Assembly (NCBI GenBank): GCA_038231275.1
Contig: JBBRLQ010000005.1
Location: 160,001-224,000, forward strand
Origin: Polyangiales bacterium
GTDB taxonomy: Bacteria > Myxococcota_A > Polyangia > Polyangiales > Polyangiaceae
Length of the DNA: 64,000 nt
Direction: 5' to 3'
Below the pieces are notes generated by a model. The model had not been told where the DNA came from and did no database searches. It saw only the letters and a list, made by a program, of their open reading frames with translations. Of the stretch, positions 21,468 to 31,084 are shown in pieces (position 1 is the first letter of the stretch; each line of letters starts with the position of its first letter). The translations under genes were made by a program, and so were the position numbers.

Positions 21468-22616
21468 ATGCGCATCGCACAATCTCGCTGGACCGGCTCG
21501 GCATGGATAGACGACGGAGCTGTCCTCGTGGACGCGGATCTCGTCCTCGCGTTCGGTACGCGCGCGGTCCTCACGGCGGCGGTCGTCGAAGATCTTCGCG
21601 GTCGTCATCCGTCGGCGCGCGTGCTCGGCTGCTCGACCGCGGGCGAGATCGCCGGGACGCGCGTCCACGAAGGGCAGGTCGTGACCACCGCCGTGAAGTT
21701 CACGACGACGCGCGTCGAGGCCGCGCGCGAGCACATCGCGACGCGCGCAGACAGCCAGCGCACGGGAGCTCGCCTCGCTGCGGCCCTCGCAAAGGACGAT
21801 CTCGTCCACGTCTTCGTGCTCTCCGACGGGCTGCTCGTGAACGGGAGTGAGCTCACACGCGGGCTCGCCGAGGGTCTCCCGCGCGGCGTCGCGGTGACCG
21901 GTGGGCTCTCCGGCGACGGCGCGCGGTTCGAAACGACGGAGGTGTTTTTGGACGGCGCGCCGACGAGCCACGAGGTCGTCGCGCTCGGCTTCTATGGCAA
22001 GGAGCTCCGCGTCGGCTACGGCTCGCTGGGCGGTTGGGACCCGTTCGGTCCCGATCGCCTCGTGACGCGCTCGGAGGGCAGCGTCGTGTACGAGCTCGAC
22101 GGCCGCCCCGCGCTCGACCTCTACCGCGAATACCTCGGCGAGCACGCCGCCGGCCTCCCGGCCAGTGGCCTCCTCTTTCCGCTCTCGATCCGCAACGAGC
22201 ACGCGGGCCTCGTGAGGACGATCCTCGACGTCGATCTGGAGGCGCGGAGCCTGACCTTCGCCGGCGACGTGCCGCAAGGCGCGTACGCCCGCTTGATGCG
22301 CGCGAACTTCGATCGGCTCATCGACGGCGCGACCGGTGCCGCGAAGGACGGCGCGCTCGCGCTCGCGGGAGCGCGCACCGAGCTCGCGATCCTCATCAGC
22401 TGCGTGGGACGAAAGCTCGTGTTGAAGCAGCGCGTGGAGGAGGAGCTGGAGAGCGTTCGCGACGTCCTCGGCGAGGGCGCGGTCCTCACCGGCTTCTACT
22501 CCTACGGCGAGCTCTGTCCCGGCGCGACCGGTGCGTGCGCGGATTTGCACAACCAGACGATGACCGTCACGACGCTCTCGGAGGGCACTTGCACAAGCTC
22601 CTCGCCCGCCAGCTGA
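21468..22616 (+). CDS. FIST-N/FIST-C domain sensor protein (NosP-like)
   Basis: GCSTAGEI, TGGLSGDG, GWDPFG, ELDGRPAL, ISCVGR, GFYSYGE, HNQTMT. Confidence 0.92.
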   Translation: MRIAQSRWTGSAWIDDGAVLVDADLVLAFGTRAVLTAAVVEDLRGRHPSARVLGCSTAGEIAGTRVHEGQVVTTAVKFTTTRVEAAREHIATRADSQRTGARLAAALAKDDLVHVFVLSDGLLVNGSELTRGLAEGLPRGVAVTGGLSGDGARFETTEVFLDGAPTSHEVVALGFYGKELRVGYGSLGGWDPFGPDRLVTRSEGSVVYELDGRPALDLYREYLGEHAAGLPASGLLFPLSIRNEHAGLVRTILDVDLEARSLTFAGDVPQGAYARLMRANFDRLIDGATGAAKDGALALAGARTELAILISCVGRKLVLKQRVEEELESVRDVLGEGAVLTGFYSYGELCPGATGACADLHNQTMTVTTLSEGTCTSSSPAS

Positions 22617-24298
22617 AGCGCGCGGGTCTAAACGAGCCCGCGATCCCGGCGGAGGTTCGCGCGTTGCTCGATCTCGTCGACGCCGCATACCAAGAAGCGG
22701 ACGCCGAGCGCGGCCTGGTGGAGCGGTCGCTCGAGCTCATGTCCCACGAGCTGACGGAGCGGAACAAGACCCTGCGCGAGGAGCTCAACGCGCGGCGCCG
22801 CGGCGAGCAGGAGGTCTATCGAATCGTCGAGAACCTGCCGCAGGCGATCGTGGTGCGGCGCGGCGATACGATCGTGTACGTGAACGGGACGACCGTTCGC
22901 CTCCTCAGGTACGACAGCACCACCGAGCTGATCGGCCGTCCGGCGCTGGACATCGTCGCGCCCGACGATCGCGCCGTCGTGGCCGACGACATTGCGCGGA
23001 TGGACGCAGGTAAGGGCGTCCTGCGCCGCGAGCACCGCCTCCTGGCGAAGGACGGGACGACGGTGCTCGTCGAGCGCAGCACGGTCGAGCGCGTCGAGTT
23101 CGCGGGAGACGCCGCCGTGCTCGTGGCGTACACCAACGTATCGGAGCTCCGCGAGCTCCAGTCTCGAATGCAGATCGCCGACCGAATGGCCTCGCTCGGC
23201 ACGATGGCGGCTGGCGTCGCCCACGAGATCAACAACCCGCTCGCGTACGTGCTCGCGAACCTCGACTTCGCGTCAGAGCTCGTCGACACGGCGCGCGGCG
23301 GGGGCGCCGTCTCGTTCGAAGACTGCCTCTCCGCCCTCGCCGACGCCATGAACGGCGCTACGCGGGTCCAGCGGATCGTCGCGTCGCTGAAGACGTTCTC
23401 GCGGGTGGACGAGGAGGTGCGCGCGCCGGTCTCGTTGAACGACGTCCTCGAGACTGCGATTCAGCTCTCGATGAACCAGATCCGTCACAGCGCGCGGCTG
23501 GTGCGCCGCCTCGAGTCTTCGCCCACCGTCTACGCGAACGAGGGGCGGCTCGCGCAGGTCTTCGTGAACCTCCTCGTCAACGCCGCGCAGGCGATCCCTG
23601 AGAGCAAGCGCACGATGGCGACGATCACCGTTCGCACGCGCGTGAGCACGAAGGATCGCGCGATCGTCGAGATCTCGGACAACGGCGATGGCATCCCCGC
23701 CAACGTGCTCCCGCGCATCTTCGAGCCCTTCTTCACGACGAAGCCGCAGGGGATGGGCACCGGGCTCGGCCTCAGCATCTGCCACGGCATCGTGCAGGCG
23801 CTCGATGGCACCCTGGAGGTCGACAGCGTCGTGGGGCAGGGAACGACGTTTCGCGTCACCTTGCCGCGCCGGAACCGCAAGAGCCTGCCGCCCAGTGCGC
23901 CGCCCGTGGAGGCCACGCGCGCGACGCAAACGAGAGCGCGCATCTTGATCGTCGACGACGAGGAGGCCATTGGCATGGCGATCCGCCGCTTGCTCGTCGA
24001 TCACGAGGTGGTGCCCGTCGTCGACGCACGCGCCGCGCTCCGCGTCTTGCGGGAAGGAAAGCCGTTCGATGTGGTCCTATGCGATCTCATGATGCCCGAG
24101 GTGAGTGGCGCCGAGCTGTTCGAGGCGGTGAGCGTCACCGATCCGGCGCAAGCGTCGCGCTTCGTGTTCTTGACCGGCGGCGCCTTCACGGCCCAAACGC
24201 ACGATTTTCTCGAGAAGTGCGATCGCCCGAAGATCCTGAAGCCGTTTACCGCGGCGGACTTGCGCCGGGCGGTCGCCACCGTCCTCGCCGCGCGGTAG
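22589..24298 (+). CDS. PAS-containing hybrid sensor histidine kinase with a C-terminal receiver domain
   Basis: TTG start after GGAGGG (MHKLLARQLKR); AHEINNPL H-box, NLLVNAAQA, FFTTKPQGMGTGLGL, ILIVDDE...CDLMMP...KPF. Confidence 0.92.
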   Translation: MHKLLARQLKRAGLNEPAIPAEVRALLDLVDAAYQEADAERGLVERSLELMSHELTERNKTLREELNARRRGEQEVYRIVENLPQAIVVRRGDTIVYVNGTTVRLLRYDSTTELIGRPALDIVAPDDRAVVADDIARMDAGKGVLRREHRLLAKDGTTVLVERSTVERVEFAGDAAVLVAYTNVSELRELQSRMQIADRMASLGTMAAGVAHEINNPLAYVLANLDFASELVDTARGGGAVSFEDCLSALADAMNGATRVQRIVASLKTFSRVDEEVRAPVSLNDVLETAIQLSMNQIRHSARLVRRLESSPTVYANEGRLAQVFVNLLVNAAQAIPESKRTMATITVRTRVSTKDRAIVEISDNGDGIPANVLPRIFEPFFTTKPQGMGTGLGLSICHGIVQALDGTLEVDSVVGQGTTFRVTLPRRNRKSLPPSAPPVEATRATQTRARILIVDDEEAIGMAIRRLLVDHEVVPVVDARAALRVLREGKPFDVVLCDLMMPEVSGAELFEAVSVTDPAQASRFVFLTGGAFTAQTHDFLEKCDRPKILKPFTAADLRRAVATVLAAR

Positions 24299-24301
24299 CC
24301 G

Positions 24302-25336
24302 CTACTCGAGTGGCAACACCCACACTTCGTCGCCCGCCTTGACGCCGAGGTGCTCCGCCGCGTCCTCGCCCAGGCGCCCGACCCCGTCGTCCTCCGACCA
24401 CGCCGCGAGCGTCGCGCGGAAATACGGGGCCAGCGGGAGCGTGATCGCCACGACGGCGCGCTGATCGGCCATCTCGTCTTTTCCTAGCGCCGCGCCGAGC
24501 GTGACCTTGTGCGTGCGCTGAACGAGCGAGACCTCGTCGGTCATCGCCGTGAAATGCGGGCCGCCGTCGAACGGATCGACGCGCTCGGCGTACCGGAAGC
24601 CGACCCGCCGCAGCATCTTCTCGACGCCGCGCGTCTGGTGGCCGACCTTGCCGATCACGTCCTGCGCCTGCTTCGGCAGGAGCGACGCGTAAATCGGGTG
24701 CTCGGGAAAGAGCGCCTTGATGAACTCTTTGTTCTGCTTGCTCAGCCGATCGGCCTCCGCGTACGTCAGGCCGGTGAAGTGACGGCCGACCGCGTCCCAC
24801 AAATGCGACGTGCCGTCCGGCTCGAGCGGGGGCAAGAGCTCGGCGAGGATCTCGTCGCGGAACAGCTCGCGGTTCATCTTGATGAAGAGGAAGCGCACGT
24901 ACGACAAGAACTGCCCCAAGCGCTCGGGCACGCGGCGGTAGTCCGGCAGGAGGATGAGGCCGCCGATCTCCGTCGGGCCGTTGTACGAGTAGCCGATGTT
25001 GAGCGTGCGGTGGTTGAAGTGCCGATCGATCGTCGCCGAGTAGCGCTCCTCGTCGATGACGTCGACGTAGATGTACGGCGCGTCGCGGCGCCCGAGCTGC
25101 GCGATGATCATCGACGTGCCGATCAGCTGCTGCTTCTCGACGTCGACGAGGACGAAGACGTACTCGCGGCGCTTCGGATCTTTGATCGCGCCGGTCCAGC
25201 TCTTCAGCGCCTGCTCGAGGATCGTGTGGATCGCCTCGCGGTCCTCCGGCAGGTTGACGGTGTTCAGGTGATGCGCGACCCGGAGGAGCTGATCCTCGTC
25301 GCTGGGCAGCGCGCCTCTGATTTCGTAAGGGAGCAT
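24302..25336 (-). CDS. astA: Arginine N-succinyltransferase
   Basis: YVFVLVD, GPTEIGGLIL, LSYVRFLFI, ILAELLP, IGKVGHQT, VDPFDGGP. Confidence 0.85.
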   Translation of the reverse strand: MLPYEIRGALPSDEDQLLRVAHHLNTVNLPEDREAIHTILEQALKSWTGAIKDPKRREYVFVLVDVEKQQLIGTSMIIAQLGRRDAPYIYVDVIDEERYSATIDRHFNHRTLNIGYSYNGPTEIGGLILLPDYRRVPERLGQFLSYVRFLFIKMNRELFRDEILAELLPPLEPDGTSHLWDAVGRHFTGLTYAEADRLSKQNKEFIKALFPEHPIYASLLPKQAQDVIGKVGHQTRGVEKMLRRVGFRYAERVDPFDGGPHFTAMTDEVSLVQRTHKVTLGAALGKDEMADQRAVVAITLPLAPYFRATLAAWSEDDGVGRLGEDAAEHLGVKAGDEVWVLPLE

Positions 25337-25401
25337 GGAGAGGGAGGTCACACGCGCGACGAGCGGGCCGCCGCGAGGGGGAACCTTTCTACCACGAGCC
25401 G

Positions 25402-26013
25402 CTATTTGATGGGGATTCGGCGCAAGCTCGGGGCGTGCGCCTGGCAGAGGCCGCGCGCGCGTGTGTGCGGGTCGAACGTGATCTTCTCGCAGACCTTGCA
25501 GACCGTGAGGAGCGCGAGGTAGTCGCTTGGCCGCATCAGGTAGTCGACCGCCGCGAGCGACAGGACGCGATCGCTGAGGCGCATGCGTTCGTGATCGACG
25601 GGGGCGTACCCGGCGCGGCCGCTGGCGTCGCGCGTGCGGCGTACGTAACCGGCGTGGAGCGACGATCGCGCGAAGCTCCCGTTCTCGGGCGCGAGGCGGA
25701 GCGTCGTGAGCACCTCCTGGCGTGCGCCGGCGACGATGCCTTCGACGCTCTGCGAGGCGAGCTGCGTGCGTACGGACGCGGGGACGACGTCGCTCCTGCG
25801 CGGCGGTCCCTCGACACGGGGCGTGTGGCGCACGAGGAGGCGGTAGGGCCCGCCGAGCCACACCGCGAGCCCCGACTTGCCCCAGCTCGTCGCGCTACCG
25901 ACGACGAACGACACGATCGCGTCCCGACACGCGTCGGCGATCGAGATCGCGGTCACTCCGTCGGCGAGGGCGACGGGAGGGCGCGGATCGAGGAGGGGAG
26001 CCTGCATGGCCAT
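25402..26013 (-). CDS. Hypothetical protein with a C-terminal CxxC-x14-CxxH zinc-finger-like motif
   Basis: C-terminal CKVCEKITFDPHTRARGLCQAH; start uncertain (26013 or 26007). Confidence 0.65.
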   Translation of the reverse strand: MAMQAPLLDPRPPVALADGVTAISIADACRDAIVSFVVGSATSWGKSGLAVWLGGPYRLLVRHTPRVEGPPRRSDVVPASVRTQLASQSVEGIVAGARQEVLTTLRLAPENGSFARSSLHAGYVRRTRDASGRAGYAPVDHERMRLSDRVLSLAAVDYLMRPSDYLALLTVCKVCEKITFDPHTRARGLCQAHAPSLRRIPIK

Positions 26014-26108
26014 TCGAAGGAATCTTGAATGCACCGAAGGGGCCAACTCCCTCGGTGGATCATTGGTCCCCCGAATCGAGGGATTAGGGGGTGTCGGAAG
26101 GGGCGCGC

Positions 26109-26153
26109 GTGGATCGCTGGATCCACCGTGCGGTCCCGAGACCGCACGTTTTT
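26109..26153 (+). terminator. Tandem hairpins ending in a T5 tract, upstream of the metal SBP gene
   Basis: GTGGATC-GCTG-GATCCAC followed directly by CGTGCGGTC-CCGA-GACCGCACG-TTTTT. Confidence 0.5.
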
Positions 26154-26167
26154 GATAGCCTCGCGGC

Positions 26168-27124
26168 GTGCGCACATTCCCTTCTACGTTGGCGGCGGTC
26201 ACATTGCTCCTCCTGGCGGCGCCCCTGGTCGGCGTGTCCGGCTGCTCGAGCTGCAGAAAAGAGGAGAGCGGGCGCACCAAGGTCGTCGTCTCCATTTTCC
26301 CGATCTACGATCTCACCCGAACGGTTGCGGGGCCCGACGCCGACGTCGTCCTCCTGCTTCCCCCCGGCAAGAGCGAGCACCATTTCGACCCGACCCCCAA
26401 GCAGGTCGAGGACGTCGCGAGCGCCAAGCTCGGGATCATGGTCGGGTTGGGCCTCGATCCGTGGATGGAGAAGATCCTGAAAGACGCCGCCCCCAAGGCG
26501 CGCGCGCTCAAGGTCGGCGAGCGTGTCCCGACGCTCACGGTGAAGGACGACATGCTCGGCGACGAGGAGGCCCACGCCGGCGCGAAGGACGACGACGATC
26601 ACGATCACGAGAAGGGCGCGACCGATCCCCACTGCTGGCTCGATCCCAAGCGCGCGCAAAAGATGGTCGACGCGATCAAGGAGGAGCTCGCCGCCACCGA
26701 TCCTCCGCACGCTGCCGGGTACCGCGCGCGCGCTGCGGAGCTGACGACGAAGCTCGGCGAGCTGGACGCCGAGATTGAGAAACGCGCGGCCGCCTGGTCA
26801 CGCCGCGACTTCGTCACGTTCCACGGCAGCTTCGGGTACTTCGCCGATCGCTATCACCTCCAGATCGTCGCGGTGATCGAGCCGTTCCCGGGCTCGACGC
26901 CGACCGGCAAGTACATCGAGGCGGTGCGCGCGGTCGTCGAGAAGAAGAAGGTGCCGGGCCTCTTCAGCGAGCCGCAGCTCGATCCGAGGCCGGCGAAGAT
27001 CCTCGCCGACGAGCTCAAGGTCCCACTCGGCGTCCTTGATCCCGTCGGCGGCTCGCCGGCCACCGACTCGTACGCCAAGCTCCTTCGCTTCGACGCCGAC
27101 GCGCTCGAAAAGGTCCTCAAGTGA
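26168..27124 (+). CDS. Zn/Mn ABC transporter substrate-binding lipoprotein (ZnuA/TroA family)
   Basis: Lipobox VSGC; SEHHFDPTP, acidic/His loop DDDDHDHE, DPHCWLDP, TFHGSFGYF, FSEPQ, LDP. Confidence 0.92.
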   Translation: MRTFPSTLAAVTLLLLAAPLVGVSGCSSCRKEESGRTKVVVSIFPIYDLTRTVAGPDADVVLLLPPGKSEHHFDPTPKQVEDVASAKLGIMVGLGLDPWMEKILKDAAPKARALKVGERVPTLTVKDDMLGDEEAHAGAKDDDDHDHEKGATDPHCWLDPKRAQKMVDAIKEELAATDPPHAAGYRARAAELTTKLGELDAEIEKRAAAWSRRDFVTFHGSFGYFADRYHLQIVAVIEPFPGSTPTGKYIEAVRAVVEKKKVPGLFSEPQLDPRPAKILADELKVPLGVLDPVGGSPATDSYAKLLRFDADALEKVLK

Positions 27125-27900
27125 CGGGTCGGCGGACGCTGCCGCCCGACGACGCCGAGAAGGTGCTCGACGTGCGCGGCGTCACCGTCCGCTTCGGCGC
27201 GAAGGTCGCGCTCGAGGACGTGTCGTTTTTCGTGCCGCGCGGGGAATTCTTGTGTCTGTGCGGCCCGAATGGGGCGGGAAAGTCGACGCTCCTGAAGGCG
27301 ATCCTCGGCCTCGTGACCCCCTCGAGCGGCTCGCTCGAAATATGTGGGCTTTCGCCCGACAAAGCGCGGGCCAAGGTGGGCTATGTGCCCCAACGGAAGA
27401 GCTTCGATCGGGACTTTCCGGCGTCTCCGTTGGAGGTCGTCGCGGCCAACCTCCGAGGTCGCTGGCCGCTCCGCATCACCGCCGATGAGCGTGCCCGCGC
27501 GATGGAAATGCTCGAGCGGACCGGGGCCGCGACGCTGGCGAACGCGCAAATGCGTGATCTGTCGGGCGGCGAGACGCAGCGCGTGTTCCTGGCGCGCGCG
27601 CTCGTCACGAAGCCCGAGCTCCTCGTATTGGACGAGCCCACCGCGGGCGTCGACGTGACGGGGCGCGCGGCCATCATCGATTTGATGGCGGAAATCAGCG
27701 CGTCAGAGACGATCACGGCGGTGCTCGTGACCCACAACATGCAAGCGATCGCGCGCTGCGCCGAGCGCGTCGTCTACCTGGAACGCACGTTAAAAGCCTG
27801 GGGCCTGTGGAACGAGCTGTCCTCGGACCGCGAGCTCAGCGCCATCCAGATCACCGCCGGCGATCATCGAGCGTCTTCTGCCGAAATGGACGGCGATTAG
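27121..27900 (+). CDS. Metal ABC transporter ATP-binding protein (ZnuC-like)
   Basis: GPNGAGKST, GYVPQ, LSGGETQR, LDEPTAGVD, VTH; GTGA overlap with the SBP gene. Confidence 0.93.
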   Translation: MTGRRTLPPDDAEKVLDVRGVTVRFGAKVALEDVSFFVPRGEFLCLCGPNGAGKSTLLKAILGLVTPSSGSLEICGLSPDKARAKVGYVPQRKSFDRDFPASPLEVVAANLRGRWPLRITADERARAMEMLERTGAATLANAQMRDLSGGETQRVFLARALVTKPELLVLDEPTAGVDVTGRAAIIDLMAEISASETITAVLVTHNMQAIARCAERVVYLERTLKAWGLWNELSSDRELSAIQITAGDHRASSAEMDGD

Positions 27901-28088
27901 AGCGAACGTCGTTTAAACGGCGCGGGAGAACGAACGGCGGCGACCCACCAGAAGCGCCGCGCGCGTGATCGGTCGCGCTCGCTTTTGTCCACAGGGGAAG
28001 GCGCCAGCAGAATCGCTACGGGGCGGCGCGGCACTTGCGTCCAGGGACGCAGGCCGCACGTTGTTTTTGGCAGGGGCGCGCGTGTGGC

Positions 28089-28104
28089 GGGCACTGGGTT
28101 TGCG
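28089..28104 (+). promoter_or_regulatory. Putative sigma54 promoter GGGCAC-TGGGT-TTGCG
   Basis: GG-N10-GC spacing, about 48 nt upstream of ATG 28152. Confidence 0.5.
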
Positions 28105-28151
28105 ATGTAGCCTCTACAGGTCGGGTTTCCCGAAAGGTTTCAAATCGGTCG

Positions 28152-29876
28152 ATGGCGCGAGAGACAAATACGCCCCTGATCCTCTGGATCTGTGCGGCCG
28201 TTTGCACGCACTACGCCTTCGCCGACGTTGGTGGTGTCGTCGCGCAAATTCACGAGGACAAGAGCTTCATGGCCGTCCTCGGCCGCAACGTGCGTGAGCG
28301 CGTCCGCGCGAGCGAGCAGACATTCGAGCTCGCCCTGGGAGACACGCCGAACGCGGAGAAAGAAGCCGAGCCTCCGCCTCCTCCTCCTCCGCCCCCCAAG
28401 CCGACCGCCGCGCCGAAGCCCGAGAAGACGCCGCCTCCGCCCGAGAAGCCCAAGCCGAAGAAGGAAGAGCCGAAGAAACCCGAGCCGAAGACCATCGTCC
28501 TCAAGCACGAGGAGCCGAAGCCGCAGGACCTCGCGGCGCCGCTCGCCGACAAGCGCATCGCGGTGCGCCAGCACGCGAAGGCCAACCAGGCCGACAACCC
28601 CAACGCGCACTTCATCGGCGACGAGGGAAACCACGTCGAGAAGGAGACCGTCGCGACCCAGACGGTCCACGACAAGGACGACGAGAACCCCACGCCCGGC
28701 GGCAACCACGCCGGTCCGCCCGATCGCGTCGGCGACAGCGACCGCACCAAGATCGCCGACAGCGAAGAGCACGAAGGCGAGAAGAACAAAGGGCCTGGCG
28801 AGCGAGGGACCGAGTTCGACATCCAGAAGGATCCGACGCCGCTTAAGAACCCGCAGCAGGTCGCCATCCTCGCGCCCAAGGCGCCCGAGCCTCCGAAGGC
28901 GGGCGGCGACGGGCGGACCTCGCAGCAGCCGACGCCGTCGACCGCGCCGCAGCTCGCGCCCGGCGGAGCCGCACCCGCTGCGCCCGACGTGAATCAAGCG
29001 CCGAACGGCAACTGGACGTTCAATCCGATGCGCCCGTCCGGTGGAAGCGGCGCCGCGGCCGATCAAGGCGCGGGCGCGTCGACGAACAAGCCCGACGTGC
29101 AGAAGCAGGGGAACACGGCGTGGCTCGGCCTCGGAGGTCAGCCCGGCCCCGGCCAGGTGAACCTGAATTTGACCCACAACGGCGTCGTCGCGGTCGTCGG
29201 CGCGGACCAGCTCCGCAAAGAGCGCGAGGCCGACGGCGAGCGTCGCCGCAGCGAGCACCGCGGCGCGTGGACCGCGTCGAACTTCGAACGCTGGCGCAGC
29301 GCGATCGAGAACTACGTTTCCAGCGTGAAGCCCGGCAACCAGACCGCGCTCAACACCGCGGCGGTGCCGTTCGCGTCGTACCTGAACGGGATGCACAACC
29401 GCATCCACCCCATCTTCGCGGACAACTTCCTCGGGTCGCTCGACAGCCTGCCGAAGACGCACCCCATGAACGATCCGAAGGTGATGACGCGCCTCGAGAT
29501 CGTCATCACCAAGGACGGGCACCTCGTCAAGATGGGCATCATCAAGACGAGCGGCATCACCGCGTTCGACATCGCGGCGCTCGACTCGGTGAACCGCGCG
29601 CAGCCGTTCGGACCCGCGCCGGGCGCGATCGTGTCGCCGGACGGGAACGTGTACCTACACTGGGAGTTCCACCGCGACGAGGTCTTCGCGTGCTCGACGA
29701 TGAACGCGCGGCCGTACCTGCTGACGACGCCGCCGAAGAGCACCGATCCGCCGCCGCCCGCGCCGGGCACGCCCAAGACGCCATCGCACGAGCCGGGCGC
29801 GCCGCCGCCGGTGAACATCAACGAGACGCGCGAGGGGCTCTTGCCCGCGAAGCCCCGCGACTGGACGCCGACGTAA
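28152..29876 (+). CDS. TonB-family protein (N-terminal TM, long Pro/Lys/Glu linker, TonB_C-like domain)
   Basis: TM with His (AAVCTHYAF), PPPPPPPPPKP...EKPKPKKEEPK, TRLEIVITKDGHLVKMGIIKTSGITAFDIAALDSV. Confidence 0.8.
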   Translation: MARETNTPLILWICAAVCTHYAFADVGGVVAQIHEDKSFMAVLGRNVRERVRASEQTFELALGDTPNAEKEAEPPPPPPPPPKPTAAPKPEKTPPPPEKPKPKKEEPKKPEPKTIVLKHEEPKPQDLAAPLADKRIAVRQHAKANQADNPNAHFIGDEGNHVEKETVATQTVHDKDDENPTPGGNHAGPPDRVGDSDRTKIADSEEHEGEKNKGPGERGTEFDIQKDPTPLKNPQQVAILAPKAPEPPKAGGDGRTSQQPTPSTAPQLAPGGAAPAAPDVNQAPNGNWTFNPMRPSGGSGAAADQGAGASTNKPDVQKQGNTAWLGLGGQPGPGQVNLNLTHNGVVAVVGADQLRKEREADGERRRSEHRGAWTASNFERWRSAIENYVSSVKPGNQTALNTAAVPFASYLNGMHNRIHPIFADNFLGSLDSLPKTHPMNDPKVMTRLEIVITKDGHLVKMGIIKTSGITAFDIAALDSVNRAQPFGPAPGAIVSPDGNVYLHWEFHRDEVFACSTMNARPYLLTTPPKSTDPPPPAPGTPKTPSHEPGAPPPVNINETREGLLPAKPRDWTPT

Positions 29877-29917
29877 GCGCGTAAGCACGCCGCTCCGTGC
29901 TAGATTCGCCGCTCCCC

Positions 29918-31060
29918 ATGCAGGAGAGCTCGACCCCCGAGGGCGTGCCGGAGGACGCCGCCCCGAGCGCGCCGGCCGAAGCGCCGCGCGCGACCGACAG
30001 CGCGCCGGGTGATGACCGCGGGACGGCCGCGCCGATGTCGCCGACGCTGCGCGCCGCGTGGATCCTCCGGGCGACCACGATCGTCGCGGTCGTGGGGAGC
30101 GTCTTCGGAGTGCTCGTCGCGCCGGGGATTCCGGGCAACGCGACGGGGCGAATCGTCGAGGCGTGCCAGGACGTGTCGGACGTGTTCGCCTACGCGACGG
30201 CGGGGCTGCTGATGGTGCTCGTGTTCATGGGGTCGTACGAGCTGGCGCGCGCGCCGCGGATCGCCCTCGCGCCGCGCGTGCTCGCCGTGGGCGCGGCGGG
30301 GCTCGTCATCGCGCTCGCGGCGCCGGCGATGCGCGACAAGCTCCACCCGGTCGCGGCGATCTTCCTCGCGCTCGCGTCGAGCGTGGTGGCGTTGACGACC
30401 GCGTGGCAAGGCATGCGCGCCGCGCACACGCGCGCGGTGTCGGTCATCGTCCTCGCGATGACGGTGGCCTCGGTGTTCCGCGTGGGCGCGTGGGAGCTCG
30501 CGGGCGCCGCCGGCGAGCGTGTCAGCACGACCCTCTACGACGTGGCGTCTGGGCTCGCGACGGCGGGCGTCGTGCTCGAAGGCCTCGGTCAGCTCGCCGC
30601 CGCGGCGTGGCTGGGCACGCGCGGGGGCGTCGCCGGGCGCGTCATGTCGAACCTCGCGATCGCGGGCGCGTTCGTCGTCACGTGGGGCGCCGCGCGCGGA
30701 GTGCACCCGGGCGCGCCGACCTGGCAGGCCGTCCTGCACACCGCCCTCGCCGACGCTCCGGGTACGCCGCCGCCGTTCGGCCTCTCGGCGGTCGCGACGT
30801 TCCTCGCATGCTGCGCGATCTTCCTCGCGCTCGTGGCCATCAGCCTCCGCGGCCAGATGATCGCCGTCCTCGCCGCGCTGAGCCTCGCGCTGCTCTCACG
30901 CGGCACCTTCGACGTCCCGATCCGCGCGCTCGCGATCGTCGCGGCCGGGCACTGGCTGCTCCTCTGCACGGTCGACGATCGCTCGATGTGGCAAACGCTC
31001 GTCGCCTCCCGCGCGCCGCGGTCTCCCCCGCCGCGTCCGACCGACGCGACCCTCTCGTGA
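29918..31060 (+). CDS. Polytopic integral membrane hypothetical protein
   Basis: About 9-10 hydrophobic segments; start 29918 (ATG) or 29897 (GTG). Confidence 0.7.
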   Translation: MQESSTPEGVPEDAAPSAPAEAPRATDSAPGDDRGTAAPMSPTLRAAWILRATTIVAVVGSVFGVLVAPGIPGNATGRIVEACQDVSDVFAYATAGLLMVLVFMGSYELARAPRIALAPRVLAVGAAGLVIALAAPAMRDKLHPVAAIFLALASSVVALTTAWQGMRAAHTRAVSVIVLAMTVASVFRVGAWELAGAAGERVSTTLYDVASGLATAGVVLEGLGQLAAAAWLGTRGGVAGRVMSNLAIAGAFVVTWGAARGVHPGAPTWQAVLHTALADAPGTPPPFGLSAVATFLACCAIFLALVAISLRGQMIAVLAALSLALLSRGTFDVPIRALAIVAAGHWLLLCTVDDRSMWQTLVASRAPRSPPPRPTDATLS

Positions 31061-31084
31061 TCGACGCTTGGACGCTCGCCTCGC

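Noticed and set aside
27985..27993. DnaA-box-like TTGTCCACA
   Set aside because: Single copy, with no box cluster, AT-rich unwinding element or origin-linked genes.
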